Source of the DNA: Iphione sp. A-MEVVRFRX5
Lineage: Eukaryota
Assembly (NCBI GenBank): GCA_976226885.1
Contig: OZ320321.1
Coordinates: 64,728,001-64,792,000 of the forward strand
Length of the DNA stretch: 64,000 bases
Direction of reading: 5' to 3'
Shown here one piece after another: positions 12,493 through 23,450 of the stretch. A program made the position numbers and the translations under genes. The notes beneath the pieces were generated by a model. The model made no database searches. It was not told the DNA's origin and worked only from the letters and a program-made list of their open reading frames with translations. How positions within the stretch are numbered: the first letter of the stretch is position 1; each line of letters begins with the position of its first letter.

Positions 12493-12920
12493 GCGTGTGT
12501 TGGGCTGTCAATGAGCGCGTTCGGGATCGAGAGCATGCGCAGAGGCACGTGCGTCCACAGGCGCATTCTTGGGTCTTTGTGCGTCTATGTGTGCGCGCGC
12601 AGTTAGGTAGAACCTACATCCTACGTTCCCACGGGACCCCCTGAAAGTCACTCGCCTCCCCTTCCTCCGCCCCCCCCCCCCACCTCCAGCTCTTCCTCTC
12701 CCTCCCCCACCAGCATGCCTACCTTGGCGGAGTTACGCTAGCCTCGTGTTATACTCTTTGCTACGTGTACTTTTGCGTAGGAAAGAAACGCTATGGAGAG
12801 AGGCGTCCACGTAACGTGACTTGGAACAAAGATGATTGAGGCTGGTGAGTGGAAGACGTTGGTGATGCCACTTGAAGTCCGGCTCTTTTCAAAGGAGGAA
12901 GAAAAAGGGCACTCTTCCTA

Positions 12921-12928
12921 TATTTATA
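12921..12928 (-). promoter_or_regulatory. Candidate TATA box (TATAAATA) for the neuropeptide gene
   Basis: Plus-strand tatttata = minus-strand TATAAATA, at the upstream edge of a CpG-rich block (12500-12900), about 600 bp upstream of the candidate donor. Confidence 0.35.
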
Positions 12929-13139
12929 CGTACCGGACAGACCCACAAACAAACGCACTGCTCAGTGAGACAACCTACATCATGATTAGCCAGAGTCCAT
13001 CGGTCGTCCTATATCCCTCGTCGATTAAGGGTCTTCTGCAAACAACCGAATTGCTAGTTAAGGCTGGATAGTGTGAAAAGTCACATCTTTTAACGGGTGA
13101 AAAAATGCATGAAAAAAAGGTTTAATTTATCTACATGTA

Positions 13140-13450
13140 CAGTGGAATCACGCCTTTGAATCAGGATATCTCACATTCCGTATACAGGCAAGAGACAGAA
13201 GCAAATCAGTACATCCGTGGTTAAATAACCCCGCCACTCCGGATATCCCTCTTCACCTCTTCAATTAACAATTAAGACCACTAATGGGACCAGACAAAAC
13301 TGCCCTTGTCTGCAAGGTGCCCTCCTACTTGAGTTATATTATAGAATATTTAGAATTGGGACCAACCAAGCTTGTCCTTAATGCTGAGTTGCCCTCCTAG
13401 CCGAGTTGCCCTCAAGGCGAGTTGCTCTTGTTATACAGGTGAGAGAATGG
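13140..13450. mobile_element. Degenerate TA|CAGTGGAA-type MITE
   Basis: Left end TA|CAGTGGAATCACGCC and internal ttgggacc / gagttgccct repeats as in 3100-3279. Right TIR is eroded. Confidence 0.5.
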
Positions 13451-13863
13451 GATCTCAACACCTGGCCTCTGAGCACGTGCGTACTTGAAGGACCCCCCGC
13501 AGAGTGGGTGGAAACACTCTCTCGGACTGCCACGCCCAATCTCCAACAACAAAAGAAGAAAAGAAAAGAAACATCAGCTCCAATTAAGCGCGCAGAAGTT
13601 CCGGTCTGCCAGGCCCCACCGGCAGAGTAACCACTAACAGACACACACACACATACACAGACGTAGGTGGTGAAAACCAACACACCCATAGACACAGACT
13701 GACAGTAACGCAGAGACAGACACCTGTACAGGACACAGTGACTCCGGGCGCATGAAGAAAGACACAAGAGGTCACACTGATATTACATGTATAATCCATA
13801 TTATACACATGTCAATAGACATCATTCACAGTTCCATCATTTCACTTTACTATTGTTTTGTGA

Positions 13864-13999
13864 TAGATACAGAATGGATGTGTGGCTGTATGCGATGTAT
13901 TGGCATGGTTTGGATTAGATGCACGAGGCGCAGCTGAGTGTAGCTAATCCAAACCATGCCAATATGTCACATACAGACCACACACAAGTTCTGTATCTA
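13864..13999. repeat. 136-bp foldback (inverted repeat) with perfect 21-bp inner stem
   Basis: tattggcatggtttggattag (13898-13918) pairs perfectly with ctaatccaaaccatgccaata (13944-13964); outer arms tagatacagaa / ttctgtatcta. Confidence 0.9.
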
Positions 14000-14322
14000 A
14001 CTTAAAGCACGGCCCCCTCTCTCTCCCTCTCTTTCCCTCTCTCTCCCTCCGTCTCTAAAAAAGGTTACAGGGGACACACAACAGATAACAGACACCTCTA
14101 CAGAAGGTTACAGTAGGCACACAATAGGTTACAGTCAACTCTTCAGAATTTTCATTTTTCATTTTCATTCACAGTTCCATCATTTCACTGTACTATGATA
14201 ATCAAATATAACTATAACGATTCACTAGCCAGACGTAGTCATATAACCCGCTAAAATATATGCTAAGACTCTATGCATCAGAGGAGGGATACACAAACAC
14301 ATAGAATAAAAACACACTGACA

Positions 14323-14490
14323 CAGGCCCGTAGCCAAGGGGGTATCGGGGGTATCGTCCGATACCCCCACAGCCATCAATACCTATTTGCCGTTATAGGG
14401 ATGGAAAAAAAACTAGTTCCACCTCTGTGGAATTGATGGTATCATCCGACACCCCCGCCCCCCCAAGAAAACCTCCTGGCTACGGGCCTG
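14323..14490. mobile_element. CAGGCCCGTAGCC-ended MITE with 5-bp TSD, copy 3
   Basis: Perfect TIR CAGGCCCGTAGCCA / TGGCTACGGGCCTG; exact 5-bp duplication tgaca/tgaca. Confidence 0.9.
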
Positions 14491-14511
14491 TGACATTACA
14501 AACGTTCAGTT

Positions 14512-15020
14512 CAGCCGAACCTCTATTTGCGACCACCTTCCCGGTATGAGCTCCCTCGATCGGATTAGCGAGAATGGTCCGAAATCGATTTGGGAGGGGT
14601 CCACGCATTGGGTCGGCCTGGGTCGCACTCCGGTCGTTATTTCTTTGAAATTAACATAAAGATACAATAGATGTGACCGCTTCTTGAGTTGGCTTGGGTC
14701 GCAGTTCAAACGGTCAGAAATTAACACTAAAATACAGTAGATATGACCCTTGGATTGCCTTGGATTGCACTTCTGCCATTATCCCTTTGAGGAGGACTTC
14801 AAATGGTTGGAAATCGACGATAAAATATGATAGATACAACCCATAGTTCAGTGGTTATAGACTGAAATTGGCCGTAAATTGATTTGGGCGGAAATCAACA
14901 TTTTGCATTTTCATTATCTATAGGAAAATGTTTCTGTCCAAAGCATTGTCTCTAATAACAATGGGTCACATTAGCAAATATGGTCAGAAATCGATGCGGT
15001 CACAAACAGGGTTTTGATTG
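14512..15020. mobile_element. Longer member of the CAGT...ACTG Tc1/mariner-type MITE family
   Basis: cagccgaacctctatttgcgacc ... ggtcacaaacagggttttgattg|ta resembles both ends of 3100-3279. Confidence 0.65.
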
Positions 15021-15041
15021 TATAGTGTGTCCTCTCCCTAA

Positions 15042-15173
15042 GGCCCCCCAAAATACTCTCCTTCTAAAACTCTTCTGGTAACCCACCCCTACCTAGTAAA
15101 ACCTCACCCTTCCTAAAATATTTTTGGCCCCAAAGAGTTTCCAAGGCTGAATTTCCTTAGATATGTGTTTTCA
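15042..15173 (+). mobile_element. Partial (left-end) copy of the TWA-flanked MITE
   Basis: TAA|GGCCCCCCAAAA...ttctggtaacccacccctacctagt...ccaaagagtttccaaggctgaatt matches 17916-18030. Confidence 0.85.
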
Positions 15174-15960
15174 ATATATGTACAATAATGTAATAATATG
15201 TGTACAATAAAATAGAAAAATAATTCGACATACAATTTCATACCTTAATAATAAGTAAAATCATTGGTGGATTATTCATCTTTTAGAAAAATTGTTGGGT
15301 ACCCCCGGTTTGGATATGTGCATTGGTGTCCGGGTGCATATATTTTAAGAGCATGGTAATTTCATTGAGGGGTGTTCCATATGCCTGGGAACTGTCGAGG
15401 TACCTGAGCATGCATGAGCGTCCGTTGCAAATTACATGCACACACGCATGGTCATGGTTAGTCTGACACCCATTTACGCACTTAGCCCCCTACCCCCATT
15501 ACATCTGCACATATCTACGCATATTCACAAAATTCGTTTTTGTTTCTTTTTAGCACTATTCCAGTTAAATTCACCAGTTTATGTACACTTTACAGGCAAC
15601 GTCGCTGCTTAAGCACTTTTACCTATCAAATTCACTGTTTTTATACATCTGTCTTTGACCTATTATAGATTACGTGCATATAAATGCAATCTTTCCCACT
15701 CTTCGAAAGACAGTCCTGTCCGGGAAGGTCTGGGAAGGTCTGGGACGCACATGGACTGCCCCTCTAGACTCTCACAGGCTCCAGCACATATGGAAACTGG
15801 GCTATATAGAGCATATCCCGGTGATGTTTAACTGTACTTACATTTAGAGGGATTGCTATTATTCTGAATGGTTTTTGTCGTTAGAAAGAAAATAACTTAC
15901 TTCCTACTAAGTGTGCTTCAATCTGAATCTTTGTAGATTGAATTAATGAACAGAGGTATA

Positions 15961-15998
15961 TTCCTGGTTAAAGATACAATGAAATGAAATGAAAAAAA
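15961..15998 (+). mobile_element. Isolated 3' tail of the Meta-like SINE
   Basis: ttcctggttaaagatacaatgaaatgaaatgaaaaaaa is identical to 45593-45630. Confidence 0.85.
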
Positions 15999-17479
15999 GA
16001 ATCCTGTTATCTATCAACCCACATGAGAGAAAATGGTCAGAAAAAGCGAGGAAAAATGAGGAAATATGTTCCACTACTCTATTTCAGATACCCACACGAC
16101 AATTCCTGGCTGTGGGCCTGCACACATGACTGTCACCACCATTGTATTCTGTATAGAATAGCACAGAGCTATCAGGACTCGGCAACGTGTTGCATTTCAC
16201 AAAAAATGGGTGACAAGGACATAAAAAAATGCAATAACTTTCTACTGTCATACACATATCTACAAAACACCTATATAATTATATAATACATCACATTACA
16301 TCATGAGAATGAAAATTAAATAATCTGTAACAGGTTTGTTGGTCCCCAAGACTCCTCTGGACGTATCTCACATTTGCAGGTCTTATCCACCCTTCCCTGT
16401 AAAAGAAGAAACTGTCTAGGCAGCCATAAGATAGCATGCTCGGTCCAACTGATAAGGCTGTGGAATGATCAACACAACTTACAAGATAAGCACCTTGCGG
16501 ACGCTCTGAGGTAGTACACCCTTGAACGAGAAATCGGCCATTAATCTCATGCTTTCTTTTCTTTTTTTGCCTTTTATGATAGAAAACAGAACATAAGAGA
16601 AGCAGAACAAAACTTTATTTCATCTGGGTGTAGTAATACACAAACAACCTTGAGCTTCAAATACTTACTATCAGGTCCACACTCCTCCTGTGACATCACT
16701 GTGTAGATCCTTCTCCCCGAATCACGCCTCCCGCCCCCACCCCCCGCCCTTTCAGTCAGCTTACACAGCCGGGGCAGTCTACCTTCACCCCCAATTTAAT
16801 AACCAGGTCTGAAATCGCAATAAACCGTTGAATACTATCCCTCCACCTGTGCAAAAATATATGTATGTGTGTGTGTGTGCATGCACATATATGAACACAT
16901 GCGCATGCATGTCCCCCTCCAGTCAGATGACAGTTCCAGGCTCAGTCAGCTCAGAAGGAAAGAGGGCGTGTGTCAGGGAAGGCACAGAAGGCGCCTGTCT
17001 CTAATAACCTGTATATATATACATCTACACGTATGTCTCTCAACATACACGCAGAAATTGATGTGCAGACAGATATGCAATATCTATAGGTATATACTCC
17101 TTCACACCGTGTCGTGTCTATACATAACAAAACTATTCATAGTCTGTTCTATAGAAATACACTGTAAGGTGACTCCAGGCATAGCTTGTATTTATCTTCC
17201 CTTCGTCTTTGAAGTTGGTTCGTAGGTAAAAACGAAGGAAAGGATGATTCCCCAAGAACATACTGAAGCCTCGCCCCCGCATCAGTCTAGAATCAATAAG
17301 GAGATTGCTGTTAAAGTATTTCATCTCGGGATGGACTGGGCAAAGGAATAGTTTTCATTGAGGTTGAAATGATTAACCAGAATCAGCACTTCATACTTCA
17401 GCATAAGCACTTCATCCAGAGTATACAGTAGTGAGTTAATGTTCCAGATGTGGCTCTCTAGCTGTGTGATATTTTGCAT

Positions 17480-17875
17480 AGAAGAATGACCTTCACTAGA
17501 CAGAAACTATGTGAATAACAGGCGAATGACCCCTACTGGTCAGTATCTATGTAATGTGTTGAAAAATAACTTTTGCTGTTTAACATTTAATTGATAGGGA
17601 AAAGATTGGCCTACACTGGTCAGTATCAGTCTAAGCATGCGCAGAATGACCCAAACCTGGTACGTATCCCTGTGATAGTAGGTAGCCGAATGAATCATTC
17701 TGGTAAGTATCTATGTGATATATGGCAGAATAATTCTACTGTGATATATGCATCTATGTGATATATGAGGAGAGAGAAACCCTCCCGGTCAGTGTTTATG
17801 TGGTATATTAGGAAAATGGTGTCCTCTGGTCAGTATGTATGTGAACTGTAAGACTGAACTCTACTGGTCAGAGGA
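17480..17875. repeat. Degenerate ~45-bp tandem repeat
   Basis: Recurrent gaatgacc...ctggtcagtatctatgtgatat motif, about 8 eroded copies. Confidence 0.65.
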
Positions 17876-17915
17876 AAAGGCAGGAGAGCTGGATGAGAAG
17901 ATCGAGTGTTGATAA

Positions 17916-18233
17916 GGTCCCCCAAAAATAGGTGTGATTCTGGTAACCCACCCCTACTTAGTGAAACCCCACCCTAAAAATATTTTGGCCTCAAAGAGTT
18001 TCCAAGGCTGAATTTTCTTAGATACATGTTTTCACAGCACATGTTTTGGTAAATTCAGTAGAAAAACAGTAAAATCCATGGAAATTCAGCAAAAAACTAT
18101 AAATTGGTCAAAATTCGTCATATTATCATTATTATTATTGAAAACCAGAGGAAGAAAGTAGAAAGAAAAGATACCCCCCTCCCTACCTAGGTTTTTGGGT
18201 GGTTATCACCAGAAACACACCTATTTTTTTGCC
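17916..18233 (+). mobile_element. Full-length TWA-flanked GG...CC MITE (PIF/Harbinger- or Zator-like)
   Basis: TAA|GG...CC|TAA; ~40-bp imperfect TIR aaaaataggtgtg.ttctggt...ccaccc / gggtgg...accagaaacacacctatttt. Confidence 0.85.
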
Positions 18234-18501
18234 TAAGTAAAAATCAGTAGTGAGAAAGGAGAGGGGAAAAAAGGGAGTGCAAGAGAGAATGGAGGAAAAG
18301 AGAAAAGAGGAGTCACAAAGAGGAAGAGCAACCGAGAGAATGGAGATAGAATGCAAGAGTCAGCAAGAAGGAAACGAATGCTTCATTCATGGTGAGAGAG
18401 GAAGAGACAGGAAAGAGAAATCAAGGAAAAGGAGGAGAAAGGAAGAGAAAGGAAAGAGAAATCAAGGAAAAGGAGAAGAACGAACCGACGGTTGCTTTAG
18501 C

Positions 18502-18514
18502 CCACCAGGGGGCG
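18502..18514 (+). promoter_or_regulatory. CTCF-type binding motif
   Basis: CCACCAGGGGGCG matches the core bilaterian CTCF consensus. Sequence match only. Confidence 0.45.
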
Positions 18515-19924
18515 ACACAGGTTACGTTACCTGCGACTCCGGTTTGTACGCTTCTTCCAGGTTTTTATAACTACTAATTGCTACGCGAGAGTCCTTTTAT
18601 GATTGGAAAAGTGAACTGTTTCTTTTAACAAGTGAGACAGTGAACGGGTCCTAACAAGTCCCAGTGTGGTTAGGTGAAGGACCACCTCAGAGCGCTGCCA
18701 TTGTTTGCTTATTTGCAGCACTATTGCAGGTCATAATAGCAAGAAAAAAGCTTACGTCAATCTATTGATTCAGAAACTTTGCTGGCCTCACGAGGGGGAG
18801 TTGGTGGGGGCGGTTGTTTTATATAAAAAAAAGAGCTGGTTTCGTAAACCTTATGAAATCTGAGTTTTCTGATTGATCTCCTGCGAAAAAATTCTCAATT
18901 GCTAACCATCAAATATCGTAGGAAAATATAATTCGAAATAAGAATAAAAATCTTCGACATAAGAGTATGGATTTAAAACATTGTTTATCACTTGCAGGGA
19001 GATGTAGAAAAAAGAGCTAATTCAATCTGCTCCACCCTGCTCTGTACGCGCTAATGAGACAATGTGCACCGCCAAAAATAATTAGCTCAGACCAAACTGT
19101 TTTGTAACCAATAGGAAATAATTTCTGTATCTAGAAAGAACATATCCGTTAGGGTTTATTGGCTTGCTACTTAAAAAAACATTAGTCAAAATGGTTTTTA
19201 TTTTAACAAGGAAATCATTTATTCCCAGATGACAAATCTCATAATTTCTCATTTGAAGATAAAGACCAAACAGGTTTTTTTTACTTTAAGGTTATCTTCG
19301 GCCATTTAGCCAAAAAATTGTTATTGTTTCATTGACAAAATCTCTACTTAATATGAGAATAAAATACTTAAAAAAGAAAAAAAAATATAATACTTGTCCC
19401 CCATACAAAAATGTTCTTGTCTGTTTTTGGCTGTGGTACACGGGCGTATCCCTTTTGATGAAGCAGATATGTCCTGGAGTAGCAGTTGGTTGTCAGAAAT
19501 GTCGCTAGGAGAGGGAAACCATCCAAGTATTCATTTTCATGACCTTTCGACTTAGATTTAGAGACAAAAACTGTTTTCTAGCAGATAGTGCATGTTTATT
19601 GATATTTCCCATTTTCAGTTATACTTTAACAAACTAAAGATCGGTGGGGAGTGGTCTGAGGTAACAAAGTCTCTGGTCCTTCATTCATGTTTCTCAATTT
19701 TAGTCAAATCTTTAACAAACAATAAGTCGGTCGGAAGCGGTCCTAGATATAGACATATTCCGTAGAAAAAGGTTCTTAGGTAGACCTTACGTTAAGAGAG
19801 ATATACGGTACCTGTAACTCGGTTCACGAAACGCATGTGTTTCCTGAAATCATTCGACGGAATGGCACATCTCGTAGGATTGTTCTGATATGATCGTCCG
19901 TGACTCTCGGCATACATGTATCAA

Positions 19925-20147
19925 CAGGGGGGACAGCCATTTTGGTGAAGCGTTATCAGAAGTTTTAATTTCCTGGTGAATCGTTATTGGGCTTTGAAAT
20001 TAAGCGTTATTCGTTATAAAGCACCTTCTGGTGACACGTTATCAGAAGAAATATTCTTGGTGAAGCGTTATCAGGTCATTTCTAAAGCGTTATCAATGTT
20101 TTTTTATTCTTGGTGAAGCGTTATTGTGTACCCCCTGACTCCCCCTG
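19925..20147. mobile_element. hAT-type MITE with 8-bp TSD
   Basis: TIR CAGGGGGGACAG / CTGACTCCCCCTG; flanks tgtatcaa / tgtatcac; six internal direct copies of (ggtg)aagcgttat. Confidence 0.85.
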
Positions 20148-20249
20148 TGTATCACCACGTCGGGGATTAGAACGAGGTGTAGGGGTGAAGGTGACGGCTC
20201 GGGCTGCCACGCGTTAAAGGTCTATTGTCTCTGGGGGTGGTGGTGGGAT

Positions 20250-20354
20250 TCCTCGGTGGCTTAGTGGGTTAGAGCGCTGGGTTTAGAGGGCTGGCATACA
20301 AGCTGGCATGAAAGACAATTAACAGACAATGGGTTCGAATCCCGCAGGCAGCCA
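20250..20354 (+). mobile_element. tRNA-Leu-derived SINE head / pseudo-tRNA
   Basis: A box TGGCTTAGTGG; GCGCTGGGTTTAG resembles the Leu(UAG) anticodon arm; TGGGTTCGAATCCC..GCAGCCA resembles the Leu T-arm and 3' end. About 30 extra nt in the variable region; acceptor stem does not pair. Confidence 0.65.
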
Positions 20355-21205
20355 TGAAGACCCTCGCACCCTTCGTCCCTGCAGTCCACAGCCGGGCCAG
20401 CCTGGGACTGAACAAGCACTTTTCGGTTAAGATTGTTTTTTCCCGACTAAACTTGGTCTCTCCCCAGGGGTGGTCTCCCCTGCGTCTCTACTGTGCTTGC
20501 AAAGTCCCAGTAACCATTCTTAAAATCTAAACCCATTACGGCGCTAGCCTACATGTATTATCATAGGATCTGCAGAAGTCATTGTTCTCTATTCGATTTT
20601 GGGCAATACAAAATGGCAGACATGTTGTCACCTCGAAATTTTAAACAAAAGAATATTATGAAAATAGATAGTCTGTAGTAAACCATGGACCGTGCTTAAA
20701 CCTAAAGGCACACTCAGGCATGATACACGATGGTTCGGGTATAGTAGTTGGTGGAAGTGCTTGTAGTGACACCGCATCCTGGGAAGGCGTGCTAGCCAGG
20801 CTAGGTGAGCCAGCAGCATCTCCCAAATTGGTGGTAAAATATGGGAAGACCCTTGTGATGCAATATCATTTGACTGAGAAGGTCTCCATTGGTACCTATG
20901 TAGTGCAAATCTACTCCACCGCCCGTTACTACAGAAGCAACAGTAACAACACATATACAAGGTTAGTGCTGAACTAAAACCAACTATCACCCACATAATG
21001 GTGGACATTGACGAAGCTCCGGGTATTGGTAATACTGTAGAGGCACAGTAGTGTGGTACCCTGCAAACCCACCAGAGGGCCCCCAGCGATATAAAGAGCT
21101 GTCCCTGGCCTACGAGATCACAGTCCACAGTCTGCTGTGCCTCCCTCAACGTGCTTAAAAACCCACCCATCCACACCAAAGGAGAGAGAGGGGCATACTG
21201 ATGTA

Positions 21206-21360
21206 TGTGACAAATACTATTGTTTATTACATTTGGTTGCTTGTAAAAAAAAGTCTACTTTATTGTAGGGGTGTACCACGAAATCATAGTGCCACTGTCT
21301 GCCGGCTAACATTGTATGTATAAGATCCGCAGGCTTATGATTTGTGAGGTGTAGCGTACA
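21206..21360 (-). mobile_element. 3' LTR (155 bp) of the Gypsy element; polypurine tract at 21361-21369
   Basis: Minus strand: GAGGGGAGG immediately followed by TGTACG...AATAAA...AATAAA...TGTCACA (TG...CA ends), directly downstream of env. Confidence 0.7.
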
Positions 21361-21429
21361 CCTCCCCTCGGATGAAAGATATTTCATTATATGCCAAAAC
21401 TATTTGTGTATTAAACCTATTTTCTGTTA

Positions 21430-23047
21430 TTGTTTACTTTGTGTGGTGTGTTGCTGTTTTAAAAGGGATAATAGACTATTCTTTGTGACCTTATCATGAA
21501 GTATGTCGATGCATTGTACAATTCACTCAATGTGAGTTTTGGCAAAATCTGGTAGTGGTCGTAGAGCACCAATGTGGTTTGGAGCAGGAGATAACTCCAG
21601 GGTCCACACTAACAATTCAGTAACCAACAACTTGGAGGGTAGGATGAGTTGGTCCCGTTCTACTTCATACTCGCTCCATTGGAGGTAGTAGGTAGGGAGT
21701 GACATCTCATAACCCACTGCACCACACGCATTTGGCAGCTTCACCAATGTGAATGGAGGGGACACACTATGGTGAAAGACTCCCATTGATGCACTGGATT
21801 TGCATATTTAATGCCACAGGGGTGGTAACTACCCACTTACCTCTGTCTAGATATCTGGCTTGAGGCATGGTCACTTCATTCAGCACAATTCATTTACACA
21901 AGTCACGAACTTGTTTGACCTCCTGGCAGAAAATAGCCAGAAAACAATACAGATGCAAATTGAGTTAAAAAACTGGGGACAACACCAAACATGATCCATC
22001 TTGCATAGGATAGGCACCTAGGATAGGTACAGGAATGTTAATATCCTCATAGATGGTATAGAATGTGACTGAATCAATCAGTGGCACTATGATTAATGTT
22101 ATAATGGGTCCTTCAAAAATAACAGTAGTTGCCTTCAAAGCATTATAATAGCTCCAGATATCCTTGGGTGGACATGGCAGTCACAGCTGAGGTGGTAATT
22201 GGATTTTGATAGCAGACAATAGCTCCTGTAACTCCGTGGTGGGTATCACTTTGGGCATCAGGTGTCCTCCCAACAAGTGGTCAATGCAGGCTTCCAGATG
22301 CATGATAGACCTTTCCCAGGCATCCAGACCATACTCAAAGTGAGAAAAGCATCATTCTGCATTCAAAATCCCCTGAATGTGGCAGATCTCCTGGTTAGTG
22401 ACATTACTGATGGTATACAAAGCCATCCATAAATCATGTTCCAAGGCCTTAACAGAAACTACTAGATCATTAATATGAACTTGATTTTGTCTAGCATCAG
22501 CACATGTTTGGTTGATAACAGTCATCATGTCCCGCATTATAGTGCCCATTGCAGTCCCAGCAACAAGAACAAAGCCTTCAATAGCAGCAATAACTATTGC
22601 AGGAGTCTGTCGTCAACAAGTGTGGTTTCCTATCCTAAACAGGTCTACTCAATCCATCTGGTCAGCTTGGAATTGTCGAGCACATTCCTTAATACCTACT
22701 CTTGAAATGTTCTCTACATGGATGATACCCCGTCATATTCTGGCTTGTAAAGTCTCCACTCGGTTTAACTGTGACCCAGGCTACTGGCTCAGTATTAGGT
22801 TGGTTCCCTGTAATCTGATGAGCTGGAATAAGTTACATCGTCTGTAGAATCCCAAAACATGTGTCATTCAGCTGATGTGACAAACCATTCCTCACTTGCT
22901 TAAATCGGTCGTATTCTGACACAAGATCCAATCACCATGGGGAAAGCATAGACCCCACATCCAGATGTTTCTTGAAGATCATATTTTCGAGAGGGCCAAC
23001 TAGGGTCATCTGCAGGAGGTACAAGGCCACAGGTATGCCGACAAGTT
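21430..23047 (-). pseudogene. env: Envelope (baculovirus-F/errantivirus-like env) pseudogene of a Gypsy LTR retrotransposon
   Basis: Manual translation across stops and two frameshifts: LVGIPVALYLLQMTLVGPLENMIFKKH...; C*RQ-TPAIVIAAIEGFVLVAGTAMGT (cleavage site plus fusion peptide); heptad-like helix; LLGGHLMPKVIPTTELQELL..IKIQLP..LP...IWSYY...IIVPL...IPVP; YLDRGKWVVTT; PPFTLVKLPNAC...LPTYY. These motifs are typical of Gypsy env/F proteins. Confidence 0.8.
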
Positions 23048-23450
23048 CTGAAATAGAGAAAGACTGACATATTACTTAATATGCACTCTTCTCCATTGAA
23101 TCTTGCATAAAGTTCCAATTAAGATAAGGTCCCATAGTCCACTCTTAACATGACCTTTTCTGCATGGGATGCAGTTTCATAACTCAAGTTTGCTCCCTCT
23201 TTGCTATGGCCCAAGTTCTATAAGGTGGAGCCGGTGGGCCCACTGAGGCTCTGGGCTGCCTGCTATCTCATGTGGCGGCCTGAGACCTACTCCTTGTAGT
23301 AGGCCCATGAGGTGGAGATGTCAGCCTCCCACTCCTAGGAGCATCACGCTCACTTGGAAAAAGCTGTGAGGGCTCCCCACTACTTCTTGCCTCCATCAGC
23401 TGATCAGTCAGTGGGTTGACTGGAGCAACGGTCTCTCCTCCAGCCTTGCG

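Noticed and set aside
17480-17875. C2H2 zinc-finger array
   Set aside because: The period is ~45 bp rather than 84 bp, with no C-x2-C/H-x3-H pattern.
20148-20158. tgtatcaccac as a possible LTR terminus extending the Gypsy element to 20.1 kb
   Set aside because: It is explained as the 8-bp TSD of the adjacent hAT MITE.
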